Shown here one piece after another: positions 1 through 8,972 of a DNA stretch of 64,000 nucleotides. Each line of letters starts with the position of its first letter. The stretch's first letter is position 1. Under the pieces are notes generated by a model, which saw nothing but the letters and a program-made list of their open reading frames with translations, had not been told where the DNA came from and did no database searches. Made by a program: the position numbers and the translations under genes. The stretch is from sequence record NC_070950.1; one strand, written 5' to 3'.

Positions 1-1
1 G

Positions 2-1066
2 GCTTACTATCAGAAAGCTTGGACTTTGTTATGGGTGCCAGGGAAAGAGAGTATTATAGCTCCTATGCTGATCGTAGAGTGGATGGGTACGGGTTCTGAT
101 ACTAATGCTTATATCGGCGTGATGACGTTAAACGTGGTTAAAAACCCAACGCTGGCTGCTAACCAAACTACGACTGTGAATGGTGTAAAAACCTGCGTAA
201 TGAATGTAGGTGATTTGACAGTAGTCAACAAATATACTGTGACGAACGGAACCTATTCTGGTGATCGTTCTTGGTTTGATGCGATTGGTAACCACTACAT
301 CAACTCAGGATATTTTACTGTTTATCGCAATGCGTCTGGCGAAGTCTCTTTCTATTGGGGTTCTACCAATTCTAAGAACTACGGAAGCGCGACCAGTTAT
401 GGTGTTGCTAAAACGGCGTACCTGTCTGGTAAAATGTCGTCAGCAACCGTCATTTCCGCTATTAACAATTACCCTGGCGGAAGAGATATGTTGGGGTCTG
501 TCGTCTATGCATTAAAAGGCGTCGGTCTATTACTGATTTCCGATACGATGGCTACCGATATCTTTGTGGGTGGCGGCATTACTCCGGCTAAGCTGGCGGG
601 TAGTACCTACCAGTCAGTTCTGGATGGATATGCTAACACAGCGCTGTTAGGATCGTTCTACATCGTTGCCGACATCATCCCGGTCAATCAATGGACGTTG
701 TTCTTCTCAGCGAGTAAGATCGTTTTGAAAGGAACCTATTTCGAACTCCCCGTTGGTACTCTGACATTAACAGATTACTTCACCAATGTTCAAAATAAAA
801 CGTTCTACTTGTTTTTAAAACTCACTGAAGGTAGTCCTGTGTATGAACTGTCATCAACCATGTTGTCGGAAACTTCGACATGTATGTTGATAGCGACGGT
901 TACTACTGACGCCTTAAGCATTGTTTCTGTAGATACACAAAAGGTCTTTTCAATGACCGGCTATCGCGTGTCGTCTCAAGCTATCGGTTCGATCATACCT
1001 GGGTCGACCGGGGGGATCAACGAATTGGGCGAGACACCGTGGCTGTCGTCTACCTTGGTTGATTAA
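2..1066 (+). CDS. Virion tail/baseplate structural protein, 5'-truncated (phiKZ gp131-135-like paralog family)
   Basis: Frame is open from the window edge. C-terminal domain (FYLFLKL...MLIATVTTD..SI......GYRVS....GSIIP) is shared with the next two ORFs. Confidence 0.7.
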   Translation, partial: AYYQKAWTLLWVPGKESIIAPMLIVEWMGTGSDTNAYIGVMTLNVVKNPTLAANQTTTVNGVKTCVMNVGDLTVVNKYTVTNGTYSGDRSWFDAIGNHYINSGYFTVYRNASGEVSFYWGSTNSKNYGSATSYGVAKTAYLSGKMSSATVISAINNYPGGRDMLGSVVYALKGVGLLLISDTMATDIFVGGGITPAKLAGSTYQSVLDGYANTALLGSFYIVADIIPVNQWTLFFSASKIVLKGTYFELPVGTLTLTDYFTNVQNKTFYLFLKLTEGSPVYELSSTMLSETSTCMLIATVTTDALSIVSVDTQKVFSMTGYRVSSQAIGSIIPGSTGGINELGETPWLSSTLVD

Positions 1067-1072
1067 CCCTTT

Positions 1073-1097
1073 AAAAGGAGGGAGTTTCCCTCCTTTT
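1073..1097 (+). terminator. Intrinsic terminator
   Basis: AAAAGGAGGGA-GTT-TCCCTCCTTTT hairpin followed by a T-rich run. Confidence 0.8.
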
Positions 1098-1114
1098 ATT
1101 TTCATAGGTGTAAT

Positions 1115-4100
1115 ATGTCTGACTTTAAAATCCTATCTTTCGATCCCAGAGGGGATAACGCAGATAATCTGTTAACCGAGCAGGTGACGTTGGATGACAC
1201 CACCCTCGATTACATTAAACCGGATTACAGTCCATTTTATTCTAACACTGTGGTTATTACTGATAAAGATGGTCAAGTGAGGAATGAAGGGACAGATTAT
1301 GTTCTGGAAGGTTTAGTCGTCCCACTGGTAAAAACTTCCGGTAAGGATGTAAAGGCTTACATCAGAATCGTCAATACAGAACTCTATGCTAAGTCTCCAC
1401 TGAGCATTCGGTATCATTCTTGCGGGATTAACCACTTTCCGAGAGATATGGTTAAGAACACTCCAACCGGGTCAGAAGGTAACAACCTCCCCGTCGATTG
1501 GAATACGCAAGTTTTAGGCAAGCCCGATTCTTATCCTTTTAAACCGCATATTCATAACGTTGAAACTGAAATAGCGGCGTGGACTGATTTGGCCGATGAA
1601 ATAGAAGAAATTTATCAGTACAGAAAAAATCACATCCTCAGCAAATACCAAGAGTTAAAAGGTCTGAGCGATGCAGTTTGGACTGCGACTGATCTCACCG
1701 CCAAGCAGCTCCGCGATAATGTGATGAATCACGATCGTGATCTCGATAACCCTCATGACGTTGATGCGGCTGACGTTTTACTCGGTAACGTAGACAACTT
1801 TGCTACAGCAACCGCCAATGACGAACTCCTGGGCTCGGCTGATAAGTTCTCTACCCCCCTAGGAGCGCAGTCTATACTTAATAATTCATTACAAAGTACG
1901 GACAGTTATCATCACATTGGTCGTCTTCCCCTTTCTTATTACGGAACTGATTTTTATATCCCCCCTCCGATAGAGGGAGACTTTAAAGGGATGTGGACTA
2001 ACTGTGAAACGGCCGGATTCTGTTTGGAAGATAACGGAACGTTAATGATGCTCGCCAATGCGTCTGACGGAAAGCACAACGGTCTGTTTTACACCACTAT
2101 TGAAAATTGGGATAGCACCAATCCAAAAGTCAGATATACCGGCTATCCTTACCAATGGGGGAATTTGGATTACCGTAAACTCAACGCCATTGTTGAAGGC
2201 TCTGGTAAAGACGTGATGATCGTAGGGAACCGTGTTTCTCAGGATTGGTACATTACTCTGACCAAAGGGACCTTCGACCCAGCGAAACACAATCTGCACA
2301 AAATCTCTTTCGATACCACCCCTCCTGGGATGTGGGACAATTATGTCGTTAACGAAAGATTCCCTTGGTTCGATATCAGCAAGGTTTTTGTTGCAGGGAA
2401 CTATGTTTGGCTGATGTATCTCAACCATCAGTATTTTAGCAATGAGTTGAGGATGGCTAAGGATCTTTATTTTTATCGCATCCCTTTATCAGCCTTTGAT
2501 ACTGACGGTCCGTTGGTATTCCAGGCGGTAACTCTGACAAGCGCGCATAACGTTTTCGGGACATTATTCTCTAACGTTAAACCGCTTAGAATGACGGATC
2601 CTGTTAAGAAGTCCAACGGGTATTATAACAATAGTTGGTGCAGAACTTCCCTGGATCTAACGTCTTCATTCCAGTGGATAAAATCAGTTATTATCCCGAC
2701 AGATTACGATACAACGTCTAACAAGAAGCTGATCTATTTAGAAACTAGAATGCATGACTATTATTATAATGGTTCTGTTTATAGTTTCTATTCTCCGGCC
2801 CTGCAGTTCATTTATATCTTTGATCCTGACAATAATACGTTTTTACTCCATCCTGATAGCGGAAGAAACTACCTAATTGATTTGGGGAATACCTCCAATA
2901 ATCCCCAGAGAGTAGAGGGAAGAATGGGTAATGGGGATGACTGGGTCAACATAGGTAGGAACCAAAGACCTAGTATCTACGCGATGAATGGCTATATTCT
3001 TAAGTCACAAATAAATCAGACTTACACCACCTTTAAATTAAAAACTGATTTACTCAGTTGGTTCAAAGACCCTTATTCGGGAGCAACGGGTGGGACTAAT
3101 GCTCTGACGGTAGTTAAAAAGTCTTATCCGATGGTAGAGCCCCCTGGCGCGGTTCAATCAAGCTATTTCGATGGCGCTGAAATATATGGAGTTTATGGTC
3201 CCCTTCCATCCAGCTCCACCAACGTCGCGACCAAAATGGGTTTATACCTCAGAACCGGATTGGGGGACTACGCCAATCACCCTGAGATGAGATGGGACAA
3301 CACTAATCTCATGATACGTCTGCCCAGCAACCAGGACTTTAAGATAGCGGGTGGTGGAAACTATGCAAGATGCAGTGTGACCGGTGATGCCGCAGCATTA
3401 ACCGCAGCAGGGACAACGATAGGGTGGACTGGATTCAGCGTTTATGAGGATAGGGGTGTTTTCGATAAATTCACCAACTGGCCCGCTCAGCCAAGTAATC
3501 AGGTTGCTTTACCCGGGAACATCACCTGGGATACAAGTGTTCCTGGAGTAGCGACAGCCCAGGTGAATTCTACAGTAAATTACCCAACCACCATTATCAA
3601 CCAGATTAAAGCGGTGTTGACTAATGGTATCGGGGCGACGAAATATTCGTCGTTTACACTTTACGATTTCACCTATTCCCCGTTTGCGGACGTCTATTCG
3701 GTAGCCACCCTTTTCTATACGAAGCCGGGATCTGCTGGACTGTGGACAAGGTTTATTTTGTTTAAACCTACGGTAACAACGTCCGGTACCGTAAAAACTG
3801 TGACCGCTTATTCCGTTCTGTACAACTCCGGTGAAGTGGTTAACGATGGTCCGAGGTTCTTCGCGAACATTGACATGAGCTATTCTAGAGGATTCGACAC
3901 TTATCCCATAGTGGAAGTCTATGTCAATCGAACCACCGGGATCCATTATTACAACATTTATCCGGGCGTTTGTTTCTATCCGGCAGGAAGTACTGGGGCG
4001 TACGCGGTTTCTTATATCGTACAGTCTCGTATACAGCTACAGCGGGCGACATCCAATAACGCGATTACTGTTACCGAAAACACAACAAGACCTACTTGGT

Positions 4101-4627
4101 ATAACGACGAATATTACGTTACCATGATTCCTAAGGTAGGGAGGGTCACTGTTTACGGCATTGATGTGCTAACTGAGATGGCGAATACTGGATCGATCGC
4201 AACAGTAAATGGAACGCGATATGTGACCGCTCACACTTATCCGGCGGATAACTGGTATGTGTATTTTACCAATGCGATTAACGTAACGATAGAAGGCGGC
4301 AGTTATCTCATGCCGACGGGCAGTATATCACTTTACGACATTGTAAGTAATCCCGTTGATAAGACGTTCTACGTTTATATCAGGTTGAACGGAACCAAAG
4401 CGGAATATTTCGTTACTACCAAAAAGCTTTACGTTTCTAGCAAAATGTTGTTTGTTGCAACGATAACGACTAACGATAAAGGGATCAGCAGCATCGATCT
4501 TCTCCAACCGATGATGGTGGGGGATTTGGTTCTCTCTAACGTACGTCGTGGTCAAGCAATTCCTGTTGTGGACGGGTCGCTGGGTCAAGAAGCAACTGTG
4601 GTATGGAAACGCAGCCAAGATAATTAA
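1115..4627 (+). CDS. Large virion tail/baseplate fibre-type protein (phiKZ-like)
   Basis: 1170 aa, Thr/Gly/Asn/Tyr-rich. H..D.DNPHDV.A.DVLLGNVDN fibre motif and the shared family C-terminal domain. Confidence 0.7.
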   Translation: MSDFKILSFDPRGDNADNLLTEQVTLDDTTLDYIKPDYSPFYSNTVVITDKDGQVRNEGTDYVLEGLVVPLVKTSGKDVKAYIRIVNTELYAKSPLSIRYHSCGINHFPRDMVKNTPTGSEGNNLPVDWNTQVLGKPDSYPFKPHIHNVETEIAAWTDLADEIEEIYQYRKNHILSKYQELKGLSDAVWTATDLTAKQLRDNVMNHDRDLDNPHDVDAADVLLGNVDNFATATANDELLGSADKFSTPLGAQSILNNSLQSTDSYHHIGRLPLSYYGTDFYIPPPIEGDFKGMWTNCETAGFCLEDNGTLMMLANASDGKHNGLFYTTIENWDSTNPKVRYTGYPYQWGNLDYRKLNAIVEGSGKDVMIVGNRVSQDWYITLTKGTFDPAKHNLHKISFDTTPPGMWDNYVVNERFPWFDISKVFVAGNYVWLMYLNHQYFSNELRMAKDLYFYRIPLSAFDTDGPLVFQAVTLTSAHNVFGTLFSNVKPLRMTDPVKKSNGYYNNSWCRTSLDLTSSFQWIKSVIIPTDYDTTSNKKLIYLETRMHDYYYNGSVYSFYSPALQFIYIFDPDNNTFLLHPDSGRNYLIDLGNTSNNPQRVEGRMGNGDDWVNIGRNQRPSIYAMNGYILKSQINQTYTTFKLKTDLLSWFKDPYSGATGGTNALTVVKKSYPMVEPPGAVQSSYFDGAEIYGVYGPLPSSSTNVATKMGLYLRTGLGDYANHPEMRWDNTNLMIRLPSNQDFKIAGGGNYARCSVTGDAAALTAAGTTIGWTGFSVYEDRGVFDKFTNWPAQPSNQVALPGNITWDTSVPGVATAQVNSTVNYPTTIINQIKAVLTNGIGATKYSSFTLYDFTYSPFADVYSVATLFYTKPGSAGLWTRFILFKPTVTTSGTVKTVTAYSVLYNSGEVVNDGPRFFANIDMSYSRGFDTYPIVEVYVNRTTGIHYYNIYPGVCFYPAGSTGAYAVSYIVQSRIQLQRATSNNAITVTENTTRPTWYNDEYYVTMIPKVGRVTVYGIDVLTEMANTGSIATVNGTRYVTAHTYPADNWYVYFTNAINVTIEGGSYLMPTGSISLYDIVSNPVDKTFYVYIRLNGTKAEYFVTTKKLYVSSKMLFVATITTNDKGISSIDLLQPMMVGDLVLSNVRRGQAIPVVDGSLGQEATVVWKRSQDN

Positions 4628-4639
4628 TCGTTTTCACAC

Positions 4640-4658
4640 GGGGGAGTAACCCTCCCCC
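4640..4658 (+). terminator. Hairpin, probable terminator
   Basis: GGGGGAG-TAACC-CTCCCCC between genes. Confidence 0.55.
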
Positions 4659-4672
4659 TAAGAGGTCAGATA

Positions 4673-7600
4673 ATGATCATTTTAGATGAAACCATTCCTC
4701 CTAATGGTCAAGAGGATGAGCGCTTCGGTCTTTTACTTTACGCGTTAACCGACTACGGGATTAAAAGGGAGTTACAACACGTCGCCAGTGTGGCGGTGTT
4801 GACCGATAAAGTTGCCGAAGCGAATGCTAAGATGACATCGGTCAGCTCAGCGGTAAACGATGCTCTTGACGCCCACATTGCGACAAAAGGCCCCATCCAT
4901 GGGGAGACCAAGGAAACGATAGGTCTGGGTCTTGTTGACAATTTACGGACAGCCACGTTAGAAGAACATGTTGACGGTAGCGACGACCTGTTCTGTACTC
5001 CTGCTGGAGTAAAATACGCGGCTCAGTTTTTGGTTGAACCTGATTACACCGGGTTTATTCCACAGACTGTACTCCCTATTGCTTATTTCAAAAGACTGAC
5101 TGGGGATCTGAGCATTAACTCAATCTCTTTCAGTCCATGGACTCAGAGTAATAAGAAAGGTAACCTGTACATCACAGACGGTGCTTATTACGTCAGCTTG
5201 TTAAGTAAGAACGGCGGCGGGGTTAATTACCTGAGTGATCTTTTAACATCAAGGGATTTGATGTACTTCACACCTAGTGGCGGTACGATTGTACCTAAAC
5301 TGGCATACGGCTGGAACGCTAAGACGGGATACCAAACCCTGAGTGATGGTTCGAAACAGCTTACCTTTTTCGATTACACTCATAATGGCACTGGTGGGGA
5401 GTTCGCTCTTAATTTTTCGGGGTCTGTAACAGGCGACTATCTGTCGACCTTATTCGATCCTTTACTCGACACGTCTTCTTTAATAGGCGGGCTACGCTTA
5501 ACTCAGGCTGGATTAAATGTCACACTGACGACCATTACCCAGCCAGATGAGTCGGTCGCAACGCTACTGGTGGACAACACTACCGGTTTCAGTTTTAACG
5601 CCACGGGACCGAAGGGAACGGTTAGAACAGGGACGATTAATAACCTCATTCCTTTAGCCGACTTCATCACGGTAACTGACGCTACGGCGGTTACAATTGA
5701 CCCGACCTACACAGCCATTGACCAAACCCACGGCTATGGGAATATGGAATGGGAGGTTAAAGGGAAATCTGCGATTCTTTACACAGATGCTATCCTGAGG
5801 ACAACATTCCAAGGAGTCGTTAAGAAGATCGTCGCCAGAATAGCGTTAAGGTTGACGATAAGTGGGTCCACTTACACGATCGCTCCCTTATCTCAAGTGA
5901 GTATGGCGACGATAACTGCTGGCGCTGTTGCTGTATCCGGGAACATCCTTTTTGAAGAAGAAATTGATGGCGCTTTACACCCAGTTTACGGAAAAGGTCC
6001 GTTCTTAAGCGAGGGCGGGCACGCTACGTCAATGGCTTCCAACCAAAGCTTCTTCTTAAGGGCATTTACTCACGATCTAACCAGCCTCGTTGACCTGGCT
6101 AAAAACTATCACGAAACCCTTTCTCTCTCTGGAGAGTATACAAAGGAATATCCGGGTAGTTTTGCGGCTCCGATAGGGGTGAACATTAAACGCTTCATAC
6201 CGTTTAATAGTACCGCTTCGGGGTTAAAGGTTTTAACCTATCCGATGGCCAATACCTCAGAAGACTACTACGGGGTATTAAGTTGGGATAGTCCTCAGAT
6301 TCTCCAGTCGTCTAAGAACAAGCCGCTGTATTATCGGTTCAAGCAGGCGAGCTCTTTAACCAACTTTACATTAAGCTCCACCATACCGACCAGGCTGATT
6401 GTTAACTCCGGTGCTGATGGCAGCGTTACTGTGAGGGGGTTGAGTTTCTTACGCAGTGATTATACCGCCGGTACGGGTAAACTGGTCATTACGGAGAATG
6501 AGGTTAAAGCGTCTGAAACTTGGGCGTTGGACGCCGACTCCATTACCACAATGGAATCTATCTTGTCGACGTTCTCCACCAGAAGCCACACAGCGTATAC
6601 TTCTGCTGGGGTGGCGTACGACGCAAGTAAACAGTCAATGAGTTGGTCTGTTGGGATTTTGACGACCTCTGACGACATTACCGCAGTAACAAGATGTGTT
6701 GTGTTATTATCGGATGGTTGCGGTTATGTGGGGTGTCAAATCGTTCCTACGACGCCTAATAGCGGAACAAGAACGTTTACCATCAACAGAGCGTCATTGG
6801 GCACACTGACATCCATGACTTTTGGGATGGCTGCTGTTCCTGATTTTAGTGCGGCCGAATATCTGACACCGCCGGCGTACAACGACATAATGGTATTAAC
6901 TCGTTCCGATAATTCGTTAGAGATCGCATTTAATAACGCGTTTAAAACGAAATACGGGATGGCGTCATTCTTATATTCCGGAACAACGCTGGCACTGGAT
7001 AAAATAGAAAATCCAAGAGTCAGTGTAGGGAATTTCCCCATCATCGGGAAACGTGGGTGTTGCCCTATCAGTATTCCTTACTACGGTATTTTCAGGATGA
7101 CGGATAACGAGGAGGAGTTTTTCAACGCCAACCTCAATCGTTATCTTAACCAGTATGGCGATTTAACGGACGACGTAGTCACTATGGGGGGTTCGGATTA
7201 TCACCTAATCAGAATCCCTGCCGGGACCAAAGTGTTCTTGGATGGTCGAGAATTCCAAATGATCTCCGGTTTAGTCGTCTACGCTCAGGTAGGAGTGACG
7301 TCGTATATTTATCTCACAGCGGCGGCCGATAACGTGATGGCCGAGGCCAGAACCGTAAAATCAGAACCTGCCGTTGATGAAATCATTTACGCAGTAATGG
7401 ATGAAGCAGGGAATCTCGTTATCAACGACACGTACACTGTCATTGATGGGTTCGCGGTATCCTACACTCGTCAGGGTAGTTCTATCCCGTATACTACGGG
7501 TTACCCTATGGATCTTGGCGAAACACTCTTCTTTAAAACAACCTTCGGGGATCCTGATCTTGATGTAATCATGAACTCAACCATGCCAGAGTTTGGCGGG

Positions 7601-7888
7601 ATGGAGTACATGCCTGACCTTGATGAGGAGATCAACGACATTATTCCTTCTTGGGATAATCTCGAAGATCAAGCCATGGACCTCATGATGAACCAGATTC
7701 TCCCAGAGGATATTGGAACATTGGAGGAAAATATCGATGAGTGCATCAACGAAATTCAACCTGAGTACGTCGAAGACTACAGAGATTCCAACGACATCAT
7801 TGTTAACCAATTGATGCCGGAAATCGGTATGTCTCGATTTGTATTGACGGATTATATCGTTAACCAGATCTTACCTGATTCGGAATAA
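4673..7888 (+). CDS. Large virion tail/baseplate protein paralog with an acidic repeat extension
   Basis: 1071 aa. H....GPIHGETKETIGLGLVDN motif and family C-terminal domain, followed by 113 extra acidic residues. Confidence 0.7.
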   Translation: MIILDETIPPNGQEDERFGLLLYALTDYGIKRELQHVASVAVLTDKVAEANAKMTSVSSAVNDALDAHIATKGPIHGETKETIGLGLVDNLRTATLEEHVDGSDDLFCTPAGVKYAAQFLVEPDYTGFIPQTVLPIAYFKRLTGDLSINSISFSPWTQSNKKGNLYITDGAYYVSLLSKNGGGVNYLSDLLTSRDLMYFTPSGGTIVPKLAYGWNAKTGYQTLSDGSKQLTFFDYTHNGTGGEFALNFSGSVTGDYLSTLFDPLLDTSSLIGGLRLTQAGLNVTLTTITQPDESVATLLVDNTTGFSFNATGPKGTVRTGTINNLIPLADFITVTDATAVTIDPTYTAIDQTHGYGNMEWEVKGKSAILYTDAILRTTFQGVVKKIVARIALRLTISGSTYTIAPLSQVSMATITAGAVAVSGNILFEEEIDGALHPVYGKGPFLSEGGHATSMASNQSFFLRAFTHDLTSLVDLAKNYHETLSLSGEYTKEYPGSFAAPIGVNIKRFIPFNSTASGLKVLTYPMANTSEDYYGVLSWDSPQILQSSKNKPLYYRFKQASSLTNFTLSSTIPTRLIVNSGADGSVTVRGLSFLRSDYTAGTGKLVITENEVKASETWALDADSITTMESILSTFSTRSHTAYTSAGVAYDASKQSMSWSVGILTTSDDITAVTRCVVLLSDGCGYVGCQIVPTTPNSGTRTFTINRASLGTLTSMTFGMAAVPDFSAAEYLTPPAYNDIMVLTRSDNSLEIAFNNAFKTKYGMASFLYSGTTLALDKIENPRVSVGNFPIIGKRGCCPISIPYYGIFRMTDNEEEFFNANLNRYLNQYGDLTDDVVTMGGSDYHLIRIPAGTKVFLDGREFQMISGLVVYAQVGVTSYIYLTAAADNVMAEARTVKSEPAVDEIIYAVMDEAGNLVINDTYTVIDGFAVSYTRQGSSIPYTTGYPMDLGETLFFKTTFGDPDLDVIMNSTMPEFGGMEYMPDLDEEINDIIPSWDNLEDQAMDLMMNQILPEDIGTLEENIDECINEIQPEYVEDYRDSNDIIVNQLMPEIGMSRFVLTDYIVNQILPDSE
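7547..7885 (+). repeat. Six protein-level tandem repeats, D-x3-N-x3-P, period 19-20 aa
   Basis: LDVIMNSTMPE / LDEEINDIIPS / MDLMMNQILPE / IDECINEIQPE / NDIIVNQLMPE / TDYIVNQILPD. Confidence 0.85.
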
Positions 7889-7892
7889 CGTT

Positions 7893-7928
7893 TATAGCGG
7901 AGAGGGGCTCACGCCCCTCTCCGCTATA
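7893..7928. terminator. Bidirectional terminator between convergent genes
   Basis: 16-bp stem TATAGCGGAGAGGGGC / GCCCCTCTCCGCTATA with a TCAC loop. Confidence 0.85.
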
Positions 7929-7935
7929 TTTATTG

Positions 7936-8922
7936 TTAACCGCCGCCAACCGGCATACCGCCTGTACCGCTGCCACCTGAATTGCTATGACGATGTTTCA
8001 ATAGGGATACTGCTCCGCCCCCTGCTGTTACATCACCTTTCGCATTTATAGATTCTTCTGCGTTAATGCTTCCAGAACATTCCATAGTTCCATCGCCACC
8101 TTCACCCGCAATTGTGGTAATGTTACCCGCCACACCCAAGTTACCGATAACTGACGTGTTAGCCTTTATGTTTACGCCTTCTGGGGCGACGACGTTGACG
8201 TCTTGCGCACTAACTAGCATTTGTTTACAGATTATGCTTAATAGTTTATCGGCACTAATTCCAAATGTGTCCGCGCACTTAATTAAGATGTTCATCTTAG
8301 CCAGTGTAATTTCTGACCCATCCTGATTTCGTACGCTCGTGGTGTGTGACATCGAATCAGTAGCGATAATGTTGCCTTCGCCATCCCCTAGGAGAACAGT
8401 ACCTGCCTGAGCATCTACCTGGAACTGATATTTGGTCTTCTCTCCATTAGCTTGGGATGTCATAAACCCAACCTTACCCGTATGAGTGGAGATCTCAAAC
8501 GTGTAATAGTTATCCAGAGAGAATTCAGCATTCTCGTCTAAATTAGGATTGGCGGAAAATCCCCAAACTACTGTCTCCAATCGTTTAGTCTTCGTATCGA
8601 CCCCATGGAGTGTCCAGAGTAATTGATCCGAATCCCCATACCGATATATGGCGACCGGGGTCCCTTCTCTGACATCCGGAGCCGTCATTCGGTTACCGCC
8701 GTCACCCATCCACTTAGCCGTAACTGAGTTAGATCCCAAAACCTGAGAAGTTTTGTTAGTTCCGTCGGCAGTTTGCGAAGTTTGAACAGAGGTTTGGGCT
8801 GTGGCCACTTCCCTACCGTCAGCCATCATGTTATACGATGGAAGGGAAACGGTAATTTCTTTTGAGTCAGTTTGTTTAGTCGATGTTACCGTTCCGACAC
8901 CTAAACAATTCAGTAAATTCAT
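7936..8922 (-). CDS. Baseplate central spike (phiKZ gp164 / P2 gpV-like)
   Basis: N-terminal OB-like region (RMTAPDVREG..V.IYRYGD), beta-helix-like repeats, C-terminal apex motif VSLLKHRH (HxH). Confidence 0.8.
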   Translation of the reverse strand: MNLLNCLGVGTVTSTKQTDSKEITVSLPSYNMMADGREVATAQTSVQTSQTADGTNKTSQVLGSNSVTAKWMGDGGNRMTAPDVREGTPVAIYRYGDSDQLLWTLHGVDTKTKRLETVVWGFSANPNLDENAEFSLDNYYTFEISTHTGKVGFMTSQANGEKTKYQFQVDAQAGTVLLGDGEGNIIATDSMSHTTSVRNQDGSEITLAKMNILIKCADTFGISADKLLSIICKQMLVSAQDVNVVAPEGVNIKANTSVIGNLGVAGNITTIAGEGGDGTMECSGSINAEESINAKGDVTAGGGAVSLLKHRHSNSGGSGTGGMPVGGG

Positions 8923-8972
8923 ACCCTGTCCCTTTATTTATAAGACTTTGTCATTTAAAAAATGGTTACTAT

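Noticed and set aside
2042-7810. Nested or antisense ORFs inside the large tail genes
   Set aside because: They are short, lack RBS or motif support, and are expected by chance.
8883-8972. N-terminal extension of SbcC in the ORF track
   Set aside because: It overlaps the divergent spike gene. ATG 8973 gives the usual short lead before Walker A.
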